NCBI RefSeq assembly: GCF_006345805.1
Contig: NC_043009.1
Location: forward strand, 51,150,001-51,214,000
Direction: 5' to 3'
Length of the DNA: 64,000 nt
Source: Octopus sinensis
Lineage: Eukaryota
Shown: positions 13,009-24,700 of the stretch, piece by piece
How the letters are laid out: each line of letters begins with the position of its first letter
Numbering within the stretch: position 1 is the stretch's first letter
The notes under the pieces: model-generated
Database searches by the model: none
The model's input: the letters and a program-made list of their open reading frames with translations, nothing else
Told to the model about the DNA's origin: nothing
Made by a program: the position numbers and the translations under genes

Positions 13009-13427
13009 TACTCTTTACTCTTTTACTCTTTTACTTGTTTCAGTCACCCGACTGCGGCCATGCTGGAGCACCGCCTTCAGTCGAGCAAATCGACCCCGGT
13101 ACTTATTCTTTGTAAGCCCAGTACTTATTCTATCGGTCTCTTTTTTGCCGAACCGCTAAGTGACGGGGACGTAAACACACTAGCATCGGTTGTCAAGCAA
13201 TGCTAGTAGGGGGACAAACACAGACACACAAACACACACATACATATATATATATACATATATACGACGGGCTTCTTTCAGTTTCCGTCTACCAAATCCA
13301 CTCACAAGGCATTGGTCGGCCCGGAGCTATAGCAGAAGACACTTGCCCAAGATGCCACGCAGTGGGACTGAACACGGAGCCATGTGGTTGGTTAGCAAGC
13401 TACTTACCACACAGCCACTCCTGCGCC
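13009..13427 (-). mobile_element. SINE family A, full length, tail-to-tail with the 12515 copy
   Basis: Reverse complement of a complete family A element, ending cagccactcctgcgcc. Confidence 0.95.
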
Positions 13428-13559
13428 TATACATATATATATCACGTGATTACCTGATCGAGCAGACTAGCGGATGTTGCCATACATCGATGATCACAAT
13501 GTGCTTTGCATCGTTTTAGCGTTCCAATGATGCCACCCCACTGGTTCATATATATATAT

Positions 13560-13821
13560 ATTTCTTTACTACCCACAAGGGGATAAACACAGAGGGGACA
13601 ATCAAGGACAGAAAAACGGATTGAATCGGTTATATCGACCCCAGTGCGTAACTGGTACTTATTTAATCAACCTCGAAAGGATGAGAGGCAAAGTCGACCT
13701 CGGCGGAATTTGAACTCAGAACGTAACGGCAGACGAAATACGGCTAAGCATTTCGCCCGGCGTGCTAACGTTTCTGCCAGCTCAGCGCCGTTAGCCAGCT
13801 CAGCGCCATTAACCAGCTCAG
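13560..13821 (-). mobile_element. SINE family C with a tandemly triplicated 5' end
   Basis: Reverse complement of family C; gccagctcagcgcc-like units recur three times at 18-nt spacing (13776-13821). Confidence 0.88.
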
Positions 13822-14439
13822 TGTACATATATATATATGTGTGTGTGTGTGTGTCTGTGCTTGTGTGTGTGTGTGTGCACGCACACTGGTATGCAGACGT
13901 ACATGCATGCGGATATACATATGTACATATGAATGAATACGCATGTGTGTGTGGATGTAGACCTGCGCGTGCACGCCCATGTACAGATGCGCACAGTCTC
14001 ATCAATATACACATGCACACAAAACTATATGAACGCGTCTATACACCCACATATAGAACTATATACTTGTACATGTCGCCTCTTTCTCTACCCCTCCCCA
14101 ACAAACCTGACCGATTTTTAATCACCACGTGGTCGATTTCTTGTCCTCTACGTTGTCAATTTACTGTTCGCCATGCGGTTTTTTCCAACTAACTGTTATC
14201 CATATACCAGCATCAAACCACGACGACGCGTGGCCTTAATCGACCAATTGCAGCTCACCTTACGGTAATAACAATTCACTTCTGTCATCCAAGTGCGAAA
14301 TGGCTGACGACTAGCATCACGCGTGAAACTCAAGAGTACCAACAAATTTAAATCAAAATTGTAATCGATTCACGTAACTCTCAATAAATTGGTTGAGTAC
14401 TCTTCTTTCGTTTGTCCCTCCACTCGTATCCATCTATTA

Positions 14440-14475
<36 letters not shown>

Positions 14476-14498
14476 GATATATATATATATATATATAT

Positions 14499-14690
14499 AG
14501 GAGAATTAACGAAAAAAACAAAAGACGAAGACAGGTGGTGTAGAAAACAAACACATGTATCAGTATAACACTCAGGAATTGAAAAAGTCTTTTACGTTTC
14601 GAGCCTATGCTCTTCCACAGGAAGGAACACAGAAAGAAACAAGGAGAGAAAAAATGGATGGAATGGCTACCGATCTATCATGGCGTTTGT
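14499..14690 (-). mobile_element. Related HHR-bearing pLTR-like fragment abutting (TA)n
   Basis: ggagaattaacgaaaaaaacaaaagacgaag...acgtttcgagcctatgctcttccacagg. It has the same layout as the 3174, 8294 and 58 kb copies and starts at a (TA)n tract. Confidence 0.5.
14589..14624 (-). ncRNA. HHR-like motif with A6U core variant
   Basis: Minus strand reads CUUC CUGUGGA A GAGC-AUAG-GCUC GAA ACGU A AAAG, with one mismatch in helix I. Confidence 0.4.
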
Positions 14691-15339
14691 GTGTATGTAT
14701 TCATATATATATATATATATATATACGCATATGTACATACATGCATATATAGATACATATATACATACATATATATATTTATTTATGTAAAAAATATAAG
14801 GAGTGCGTTGGGTTACATAAGTATTTCAAGGAATTTTTAAAAAGCATACCAACCAAAAAATTTAACTAAAACACAGAAAATCTGACAAAACCAAATACAC
14901 GGAAAATTCGTAGCTAATTCCTCATCAGTCAACGTCCAAATTTCATCATAGTTTCATGCAGTTATCGTTAAGCTGCTCCTTCATTGGAGGAACCAGTACC
15001 AAAAACTGATGGGAATAGCTAATGAACGTACAAGGACCATGACGAAAACAAACATGACAAACTAAAATAATTGTAATAGCTATACATATACAACAAAACG
15101 AGAAAAAAAAACCCACATGACTCGCAGTCAGTTAAAAGTGGGTAATGTAACGGAAAATGAAAAGTCCGAAACGAGTGGAAGTGTAAGAAGGGCAGAACGA
15201 ATGATGAAAACAAACCGTGGAGGAAAAAGTGAAGATGCACGAAGAAGCGTTTCCGACCATCCTGGTGGCCGAAGGAAAAAGAACGACAGAGATAGCCACG
15301 GGTCACGTGATAGATGGAGGGTCGTTCATTTGTTCATTC

Positions 15340-15371
15340 ATCCATCCATCCATTCATCCTTACATACATCC

Positions 15372-15402
<31 letters not shown>

Positions 15403-15810
15403 CATACATACATACATGCATACTTGCAGATACGGGCAAATACATACATAAATGCATGCATACATATATACATGAATACATATATACATGCATACACACA
15501 TACATATGTACATAAATGCATACATATATATATACATACATACAATAATACTCAATTGTTGATGAAATTCCTGTGATGGAACCTTGGATCTAGGTTAGAA
15601 ACCCACTCTTTCTCTATTGGCAAGGAAATTTGAAAAAAACTGAATAACTTACATACTTACATACATGCATATATACATACATGCATGCATACATACCTAC
15701 ATACCTACCTACATAGCTACCTACCTACCTACCTACCTACCTACATACATACATACATACATACATACATACATACATACATACATACATACACACATAC
15801 ATGCATGCAT
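15340..15810. repeat. (ACAT)n/(ACCT)n microsatellites flanking a ~100-bp unique insert
   Basis: Visible tetranucleotide runs on both sides of 15550-15650. Confidence 0.85.
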
Positions 15811-16146
15811 ATATACGTACGCTTTAAAAGATTGAGTCAGCTAAACTTGCATGAGTGCACAGCATCTCTACATCATTAGTTGTTGGTCATTAGTGTAAAA
15901 CGAATTTAAGAGTTTAAAATGAAATTCTCGGTGATAATATTTAAGAAGAACTCAATCATTTTAGGTCATATGGTTCACGGAAGGTAATGTGTAAACGATC
16001 TAAGGCAAAGGAAAGTTAAGGAATGTAGAAACGAATTAACACAACACCGCTTAATTGACACTTGAATTCAATGATTTTAATGTAACTTTCTTCCACATGT
16101 ACATGCGCTATTCTACACAACTACATACACAGACACACGCAAGTAT

Positions 16147-16186
<40 letters not shown>

Positions 16187-16188
<2 letters not shown>

Positions 16189-16418
16189 TTCTTTATTGCC
16201 CACAAGGGGCTAAACATAGAGGGGACAAACAAAGACAGACAAAGGGATTAAGTCAACTACATCGACCCCAGTGCATAACTGGTACTTTATTTATCGACCC
16301 CGAAAGGATGAAAGGCAAAGTCGACCTCGGTGGTGTTTGAACCCAGAACGTAACGACAGACGAAATACTGCTGAGAATTTCGCCTGGCGTGCTAACGTTT
16401 CTGCCAGCTCGCCGCCTT
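16187..16418 (-). mobile_element. SINE family C, full length
   Basis: Reverse complement of family C, from tttctttattgcccacaagggg to ctgccagctcgccgcctt. Confidence 0.92.
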
Positions 16419-16448
16419 ATATATATATATGTAAGTGTGTGTGTGTGT

Positions 16449-16659
16449 GGAGGCGCGTGCCTTAATGGTTAGGGTGTCAGCATCATGATCGTAAGATTGT
16501 GGTTTCAATAAGCACTTCATTTCACGTTACTCAAGCCCACTCAGCTGGCAAGAATGAGTAACGCTGCGATGGACTTGCGTCCCGTCCAGCTGGGGAACAC
16601 ATACGCCATGGAAACTGGAAAACCGGGCCCATGAGCCTGGCTAGGCTTAAAGGACGCAT
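16449..16659 (+). mobile_element. Third tRNA-derived SINE family with a V-domain-like motif, B-box region deleted
   Basis: tRNA-like head ggaggcgcgtgccttaatggttagggtgtc; motif ctgcgatggacttgcgtcccgtccag resembles the V-SINE core (recalled, not searched). Single copy in this window. Confidence 0.55.
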
Positions 16660-16847
16660 TTATATATATATATACATTAAGACAATTATATACACTCACA
16701 CATACGAGCACTCATTCATAAAATAAATCAAATATAAACACCAGTCAAACGGAATGCATTCCCTCACCTTAATATTCTTTTACCTTCCTCCTCCAACCTC
16801 GATTGAACCCTTGAACTCTAGTAACTGCCAGTTTCTCCTACATTCAA

Positions 16848-16874
16848 CCAATCTGACGTCACCCCCTATAAATA
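16848..16874 (+). promoter_or_regulatory. Compact Pol II promoter-like cluster: CCAAT, CRE (TGACGTCA), TATA
   Basis: ccaat at 16848-16852, tgacgtca at 16854-16861 and tataaata at 16867-16874, in order on one strand and ~85 nt upstream of the HHR. Confidence 0.5.
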
Positions 16875-16958
16875 GACACTATTTATCATTATCGCTATGG
16901 GCTCCTCGAGAGCAGTCAACTAAAAACTTGTGCATTTGTTGTCGAAAGAAGTTCCTGG

Positions 16959-17044
16959 ATTTTCCTGATGAGAAAGCTGCATAATGGACTCCTTATTCAT
17001 TCGGAATTAGGAATTTTGCAGACTTCGAAACATATGTCGAAAAT
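16959..17044 (+). ncRNA. Type I hammerhead ribozyme with intact canonical core
   Basis: AUUUUC CUGAUGA GAA-AG-CUGCA...UGCAG-AC-UUC GAA AC-AUAU-GU C | GAAAAU. Helix I is 6 bp, helix II is GAA/UUC plus CUGCA/UGCAG, helix III is the palindrome ACAUAUGU, and the GUC triplet predicts cleavage after 17038. Confidence 0.85.
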
Positions 17045-17096
17045 AAAATAATGGAATTTTGTTAAATCTTCGCTCAGCTCCATTCTTTCCTATACT

Positions 17097-17174
<78 letters not shown>

Positions 17175-17781
17175 ACATATGCATATATACATACATGTAT
17201 GTACGTACTTACCTCTACATGTATATATACATGCATATATGTGTACAGGACACAAAAAAACCTTGAACACAATGAGAAACGAAAACATAAACACAAAATT
17301 AAGGAACTAGACATTTTTCTTAAACAACGTAAAAATAGAGTACAGGACAAATAACATAAGGAAAATACCCCTTCTTCAGTCGCCATGGTTTCATCTTCTC
17401 TGCGTTTCGAAGATGAAGGCGATACGCATCTTCGATTGAAACTTTCCTTCACACGAAAAGCAAATTAAATAAAATTTGAGATCTTTTTGCGGAGGGGTAA
17501 AAATGGTAACAAAAACAGGACAGTAACAACAGTACAAAATATAAACAGTAAAAGACAGGACAAGGAGAATAACAAGGCAAGAAGGGCTGTTAAGCGGAAC
17601 GAGATAAAGTACTACGAACGCTATTTTTGAGAGCGGCGAAGGAGCAATAAAAAATGCCGTCTATACACTTGAAGGAAACCAGGTCAGAAAGACAGTAGCA
17701 CAACACTCGTCGTGGGTCAACGACGGGAGGGAGGAGGAGGAGCAAAAGAAAGGGAGAGAAAAAAGGGAATGGTTGTAGAGA

Positions 17782-17942
17782 AATTCCTGACATTTACAGA
17801 CATTATTGACATTCAAGAAATTCCAGAAATTCCTGATATTCCCAATATTCCCAACATTCCAGACATTCCAGACATTCCAGACATTCCTGACATTCCAGAC
17901 ATTCCTGACATTCCAGACATTCCAGACATTCCCATTCCTGAT
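17782..17942 (+). repeat. 9-bp tandem array (GACATTCCA/GACATTCCT), left boundary
   Basis: About 17 units; the reverse-complement counterpart is at 54451-54577. Confidence 0.95.
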
Positions 17943-18713
17943 CAAAGAGGAGTGCCGAAAGAGATCAAAGAGGTTGCCAAAAGAGATCAGAGAGGGTGCC
18001 GACAGAGATCAAATTGGGAGCCGACAGAGATCAAAGATCGTGTCGAAAGAGATCAAAGAGGAGTACCGAAAGAGATCAAAGAGGGTGCCGACAGAGATCA
18101 AAGAGGGTGCCAACAGAGATCAAAGACGGTGCTGACATAGATCAAAGAGTGTGTCGACAGAGATCAAAGAGTGTGCCGACAAAGCTCATAGACGGTACTG
18201 ACAGAGATCAAAGAGGAGTACCGGAAAAGATTAAAGAGAAGCGCCGACAAATATCAAAGAGGAGTACCGAAAGAGATCAAAGACGAGCGCCGAAAGAGAT
18301 CAAAGGGGATGCCGAAAGAGATCAAGGAGGGTGCCGACAAAGATCAAAGACGGTGCCGACAGAGAACAAAGAGTGTGCCGACAGAGATCAAAGGCGGTGC
18401 CGACATAGATCAAAGAGGGTGCCGACATAGATCAAAGATCGTGCCGAAAGAGATCAAAGATCGTGCCAAAAGAGATCAAAGAGGAGTGCCGAAAGAGATC
18501 AAAGAGGATGCCGAAAGATATCAAGAAGGGTGCCAACAGAGATCATGGATGGTGCCGAAAGAGATCAAAGATAGTGCCGACATATATCAATGAGGGTGCC
18601 GACAGAGATCAAAGTGTGTGTCGACAGAGAACAAAGAGGGTGCAGACAGAGATAAAAACGGTGCCGATAGAGATCAAAAAGGGTGCCGACAGAGATCAAA
18701 GTGTGTGCCGACA
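17940..18713 (+). repeat. 22/23-bp minisatellite (GACAGAGATCAAAGAGGGTGCC)
   Basis: About 35 diverged units, each with an AGATCAAAG core. Confidence 0.95.
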
Positions 18714-21700
18714 CACCGTTCCAAACATAACCGGTCTAAACCAAACCGTTCGAAACCGGATCAAACCGGTTCAAAACAGATCAAACTTGTTCAAGTCGGG
18801 TCAAACCGGATCAAACCGTTTCAAACCGGATCAAACCGGTTCATACCGCATCAAACCGGATCAAACCGGTTCAAACCGGATCAAACCGGTTCAAACCGCA
18901 TCAAACCGGTTCAAAACAGATCAAACCGGTTCAAACTGCTTCAAACCGCATCAAACCGGTTCAAACCGTATCAAACCGGTTCAAACCAGATCAAAACGGT
19001 CGAAAACAGATCAAACCGGTTCAAACTGCTTCAAACCGCATCAAACCGGTTCAAACCAGTTCAAACCGGATCCAACCGGATCAAACCATTCCAAACCGGA
19101 TCAAACCGAATCAAACCGGTTCAAACCGGTTCAAAACAGATCAAACCTGTTAAAACCTGATCAAACCGGATCAACCCGTTCCAAACGGAACCTATCAAAA
19201 GCAAACAGTTCGAAACCGGTTCAAAACGGATCAAACCGGTTCAAACCGGATCAAAACGTTCCAAACATAACCGGTCTAAACCAAACCGTTCGAAACTGGT
19301 TCAAACCGAATCAATCCAGTTCAAACCGCTTCAAACCGCATCAAACCGGTTCAAACCTGTGACAACCGTATGGAAGCGTATCAAACCGGCCGAGACCTGA
19401 TCAAACCGGTTCAAACCAGATCAAACAGGTTCAAACCGGGTGAAACCGGCACAGACCAGATCAAACGGGACCAAACCGGTTCAAAACTGATCAAACTTGT
19501 TCAAATCGAACCAAACTGGATAAGTCCGGTTCAAACCGGGTGAAAGCGGCTCAAAACTGATCAAACTTGTTCAAATCGTATCAAACCAGTTCGAACCGGG
19601 TCAAACCGGTTCAAACCGGATCACACCGGTTCAAAACTGATCAAACTTGTTCAAATCGAACCAAACCAGATCAAACCGGTTCAAAACAGATCAAACTTGT
19701 TCAAATATAATCAGACCGGGTAAAACCGGTTCAGACAGGTTCAAACAGGATCAAACCGGTTCGAAACTGATCAAATTTTTCAAATCGAACCAAACCGGAT
19801 CAAACCGGTTCAAAAATGATCAAACTTGTTCAAATCGTATGAAACCGGTTCAGACTAGATCAAACCGTTTCAAAACTGATCAAACTTGTTCATATCGAAC
19901 AAAACCGAATAAAACCGGTTCAAACCGGTTCAAACTGGATCAAACCGGTTCAAAACTGATCAAACTTGTTCAAATAAAACCAAACCAGATCAAACCGGTT
20001 CAGACCGGTTCAAACCGAATCAAACTGGTTCAAAACTTATCAAACTTGTTCAAATCGTATCAAACCGGTTCAAACCGGATCAAAACGGTTCAAAACTGAT
20101 CAAACTTGTTCAAATCGAATCAAACCGGTTCAAACCGGATCAGACAGGTTGAAAACAGGTCAAACTTGTTCAAAACTGATCAAAATTGTTCAAATCGTAT
20201 GGAAGCGGATCAAACCGGCCGAAACCTGATCAAACCGGTTCAAACCAGATCAAACAGGTTCACACCGGGTCAAACCGGTTCAGACCGTATCAAACCGGAC
20301 CAAACCGTTTCAAAACTGATCAAACTTGTTCAAATCGAACCAAACCGGTTAAAACCGGTTCAAACCAGGTGAAACCGGCTCAAAACTGATCAAACTTGTT
20401 CAAATCGTATCAAACCGGATCACACCGGTTACAAACTGATCAAACTTGTTCAAATCGAACCAAACTGGATCAAACCGGTTCAAGACAGATCACACTGGTT
20501 CAAATATAATCAGACCGGGTCAAACCGTTTCAGACCGGTTCAAACAGCATCAAACCGGTTAAAAACTGATCAAACTTGTTCAAATCGGATCAAACCGGGT
20601 CACACAGGTTCAGACGTGTTGAAACCGGATCAAACCGGTTCAAAACTGATCTAAATTGTTGAAATCGAACCAAACCAGATCAAACCAGTTCAAACCGCTT
20701 CAGACCAAATCAAACCGTGTCAAAACTGATCAAACTTGTTCAGATCGGATCAAACCGGGTCAAACCGGTTCAGACCAGTTCAAACCGGGTCAAACCGGTT
20801 CAAAACTGATCAAACTTGTCCAAATCGAACCAAACCAGATCAAACCGATTCAAACCGCTTCAAACCGGATCAAACCGGTTCAAAACTGATCAAACTTGTT
20901 CAAATCGAACCAAACCAGATCAAACCGGTTGAAACCGAATCAAACCGGTTCAAATCTGATTAAACTTGTTCAAATCGAACCAAACCGGATCAAACCGGTG
21001 TCCACCGGTTCAAACCGGATCAGACCGGATAAAAACTGGTCAAATTTGTTCAAATCGAACCAAACCAGATCAAACCGGTTCAAACCGGATCAAACGGGTT
21101 CAAAACTGATCAAACTTGTTCAAATCGAACCAAACCGAATCAAACCGGTTCAAAACTGATCAAACTTGTTCAAAATTGATCAAACTTGTTCAAATCGGAT
21201 CAAACCGGGTCAAACCGGTTCAGACCAGTTTAGGCCGGATCAAACCGAATCAAACCGGTTCGAAAAGTTTCAAACCGGTTCAAAACTGATCAAACTTGTT
21301 CAGATGGTATCAAACCGAGTCAAACCGTTCAGACCGGCTCAAACCGGATCAAACCGTTTCAAAACTGATCAAACTTGTTCAAATCGAACCAAACAATATC
21401 AACCCGTTTCAGACCGATTCAAACCGGATCAAACCGGTTCAAAACTGATCAAACTTGTTCAAATCAAACCAAACCAGATCAAACCGGATCAAACCGGTTC
21501 AAAACTGATCAAATTTGTTCAAGTCGAACCAAACCAGATCAAACCGGTTCAGACCAGATCAAACCGGATCAAAACTGGTCAAACTTGTTAAAATCGAACC
21601 AAGCCAGATCAAACCGGTTTAAACCGGATCAAACCGGTTCAAAAGTGATCAAATCGAAGCAAACCGGATCAAACCGGTTCAAACCGATTCAGACCGTATC

Positions 21701-24700
21701 AAACCGGTTCAAAACTGGTCAAACTTGTTCAAATCGAACCAAACCAGATCAAACCGGTTCAGACCGGTTCAAACCGGTTCAGACCGGTTCAAACCGGTTC
21801 AAAACTGATCAAACTTGTACAAATCGAACCAAACCGGATCAAACCGTTCAAAACTGGTCAAACTTGTTCAAATCGACCCAAACCAGATCAAACCGGTTCA
21901 GACCGGTTCATACCGGATCAAACCGGTTCAAAACTGATGAAACTTGTTCAAAACTTATCAAACTTGTTCAAATCGTATCAAATCAGTTCAAACCGAATCA
22001 AACCGGTTCGAACAGGTTCAAACCGGTTCAAAACTGATCAAACTTGTTCAGATGTGATATAACCGGGTCAAACCGATTCAGACCGGTTCAAACCGGATCA
22101 AACCGTTTCAAAACTGATCAAACTTGTTCAGATCGGATCAAACCGGGGCAAACCGGTTCAGACCGGTTCAAACCGGATCAAACCGGTTCAAAACTGATCA
22201 AACTTGTTCAAATCGAACCAAACCAGATCAATCCGGTTAAAACCGCTTGAGACCGGGTCAAACCGGGTCAAAACTGATCAAACTTGTTCAAATCGAACCA
22301 AACCGCATGAAACCGGTTCAGACCAGTTCAAGCCGGATCAAACCGGTTCCAAACTGATCAAACTTTTTCAAAACTGATCAAACTTGTTCAAATCGTATCA
22401 AACCAGGAAAAACCGAATCAAACCGGTTCGAACAAGTTCAAACCGGTTCAAAATTGATCAAACTTGTTCAGATGGTATCAAACCAAGTCAAACCGGTTCA
22501 GACCGGTTCAAAACGGATCAAACCGCTTCAAACTTGTTGAAATCGAACAAAACCATATCAAACCGGTTCAGACCGATTCAAACCGGTTCAAAACTGATCA
22601 AACTTGTTGATATCAAACCAAACCAATTCAAGCCGGATGAAACCGAGTGAGACCGGATCAAACCGGATCAAAAGTGGTCAAACTTGTTCAAATTGAACCA
22701 AACCAGATCAAACCGGTTCAAACCGGATCAAACAGGTTGAAAACTGATCAATCTTGTTCAAATCGAACCTAACCGGATCAAACCGGTTCAAACCGATTCA
22801 AACCGGATCAAACCGGATCAAAACTGGTCAAACTTGTTCAAATCGAACCAAACCAGATCAAGCTTGTTCAAACCGGATCAAACCGGTTCAAAACTGATCA
22901 AACTTGTTCAAATCGAACAAAGCGGATCACACCGGTTCAGACCGGTTCAAACCTGATCAAACCGGTTCAAAACTGATCAAACTTGTTCAAAACTGATCAA
23001 ACTTGTTCAGATCGTATCAAACCAGTTCAAACCGAATCAAACCGGTCGAACAGGTTCAAACCGGTTCAAAACTGATCAAACTTGTTCAGATGTGATAAAA
23101 CCGGGTCAAACCGGTTCAGACCGGCTCAAACCGGATCAAACCGTTTCAAAACTGATCAAACATTTCAAATCGCATCAAACCGGGTCAAACCGGTGCAGAT
23201 CGGTTCAAACCGGATCAAACTGGTTCAAAACTGATCAAACTTGTTCAAATCGAACCAAACCAGATAAAACCGGTTCAAACCGCTTCAAACCGGATCAAAC
23301 CGTGTCAAAACTGATCAAATTTGTTCAAATCAAACTAAACCGGGTCAAACCGGTTCAGACCAGTTCAAACCGGATCAAACCGATTCAAAACTGATCAAAT
23401 TTGTTCAAATCGTATCAAACCAATTCAAACCGGTTCAAACCGGTTCGAACAGGTTCAAACCGGTTCAAAACTGATCAAACTTGTTCCGATGTGATCAAAC
23501 CGGGTCAAACCGGTTCAGACCGGTTCAAACCGGATCAAACCGGTTCAAAACTGATCAAACTTGTTCAACTCAAACGAAACCGGATCAAACCGGTTCAAAC
23601 CGGCTTAAACGGGATCAAACCTGTTCAAAATTGATCAAACTTGTTCAAATCGCACCAATCCGGTTCATAACCGGTTCAAACCGGTTCAAACCGAATCAAA
23701 CCGGTTCAAAACTGATCAAACTTTTCAGATGGTCTCCAACCGGGTCAAACCGGTTCAGACCGGTTCAAACCGAATCAAACAAGTTCAAAACTGATCAAAC
23801 TTGTTCAAATCAAACGATACCGTATCAAACCGGTTCAATCCGGTTCAAACCGTATCAAACCGGTTCAAAGTTGATAAAAGTTGTTCAAATCGAACCAATC
23901 CGGATCAAACCGGTTCAAAACTGATCAAACTTTTTCAAATCGTATCAAACAAGTTCAAACCGGATCAAAGAGGTTCAAACCGGTTCAAAACTGATCAATC
24001 TTGTTCTTGTGAGATGAAACCGGGTCAAACCGGTTCAGACCGGTTCAGACCGGTTCATAACGGTTCAAACCGGTTCAAAACTGATCAAACTTGTTCAAAT
24101 CGCACCAAACCAGATCAAACCGATTCAAACCGGATCAAACCGGCTCAAAACTGATCAAACTTGTTCAAATCGGATCAAGCCGGATCAAACCGGTTCAGAC
24201 CGGCTCAACCCGGATCAAACCGGTTCAAAACTGATCAAACTTGTTCAAATCGTATCAAACCAGTTCAAACCGGATCAAACCCATTCGAACAGGTTCAAAC
24301 TGGTTCAAAACTGATCAAACTTGTTCAAATCAGATCAAACCGGTTCAAACCGGTCCAGACCGGTTCAAACCGGAATAAACCGGTTCAAAACTGATCAAAC
24401 TTGTTCAAATCAAAGCAAACCAGATCAAACCGGTTCAAACCGGTTCAAAACTGATCAAACTGGTTCAGATCGTATCACCCCAGTTCAAACCGAATCAAAC
24501 CGGTCGAACAGGTTCAAACCGGTTCAAAACAGATCAAACTTGTACAGATGTGATAAAACCGGGTCAAACTAGTTCAGACCGGCTCAAACCGGATCAAACC
24601 GTTTCAAAACTGATCAAACTTTTTCAAATCGCATCAAACCGGGTCAAACCGGTTCAGATCGGTTCAAACCGGATCAAACTGGTTCAAAACTGATCAAACT

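Noticed and set aside
14895-14945. CTGATGA on the minus strand as another hammerhead
   Set aside because: No GAAA plus helix III follows the candidate helix II, so the fold is incomplete. The same applies to the CTGATGA at ~3494-3500.
17712-18140. ORF with DIP repeats and basic/acidic repeats
   Set aside because: It is a read-through of the 9-bp and 22-bp arrays; the 22-bp period shifts frame, and there is no splice or homology support.
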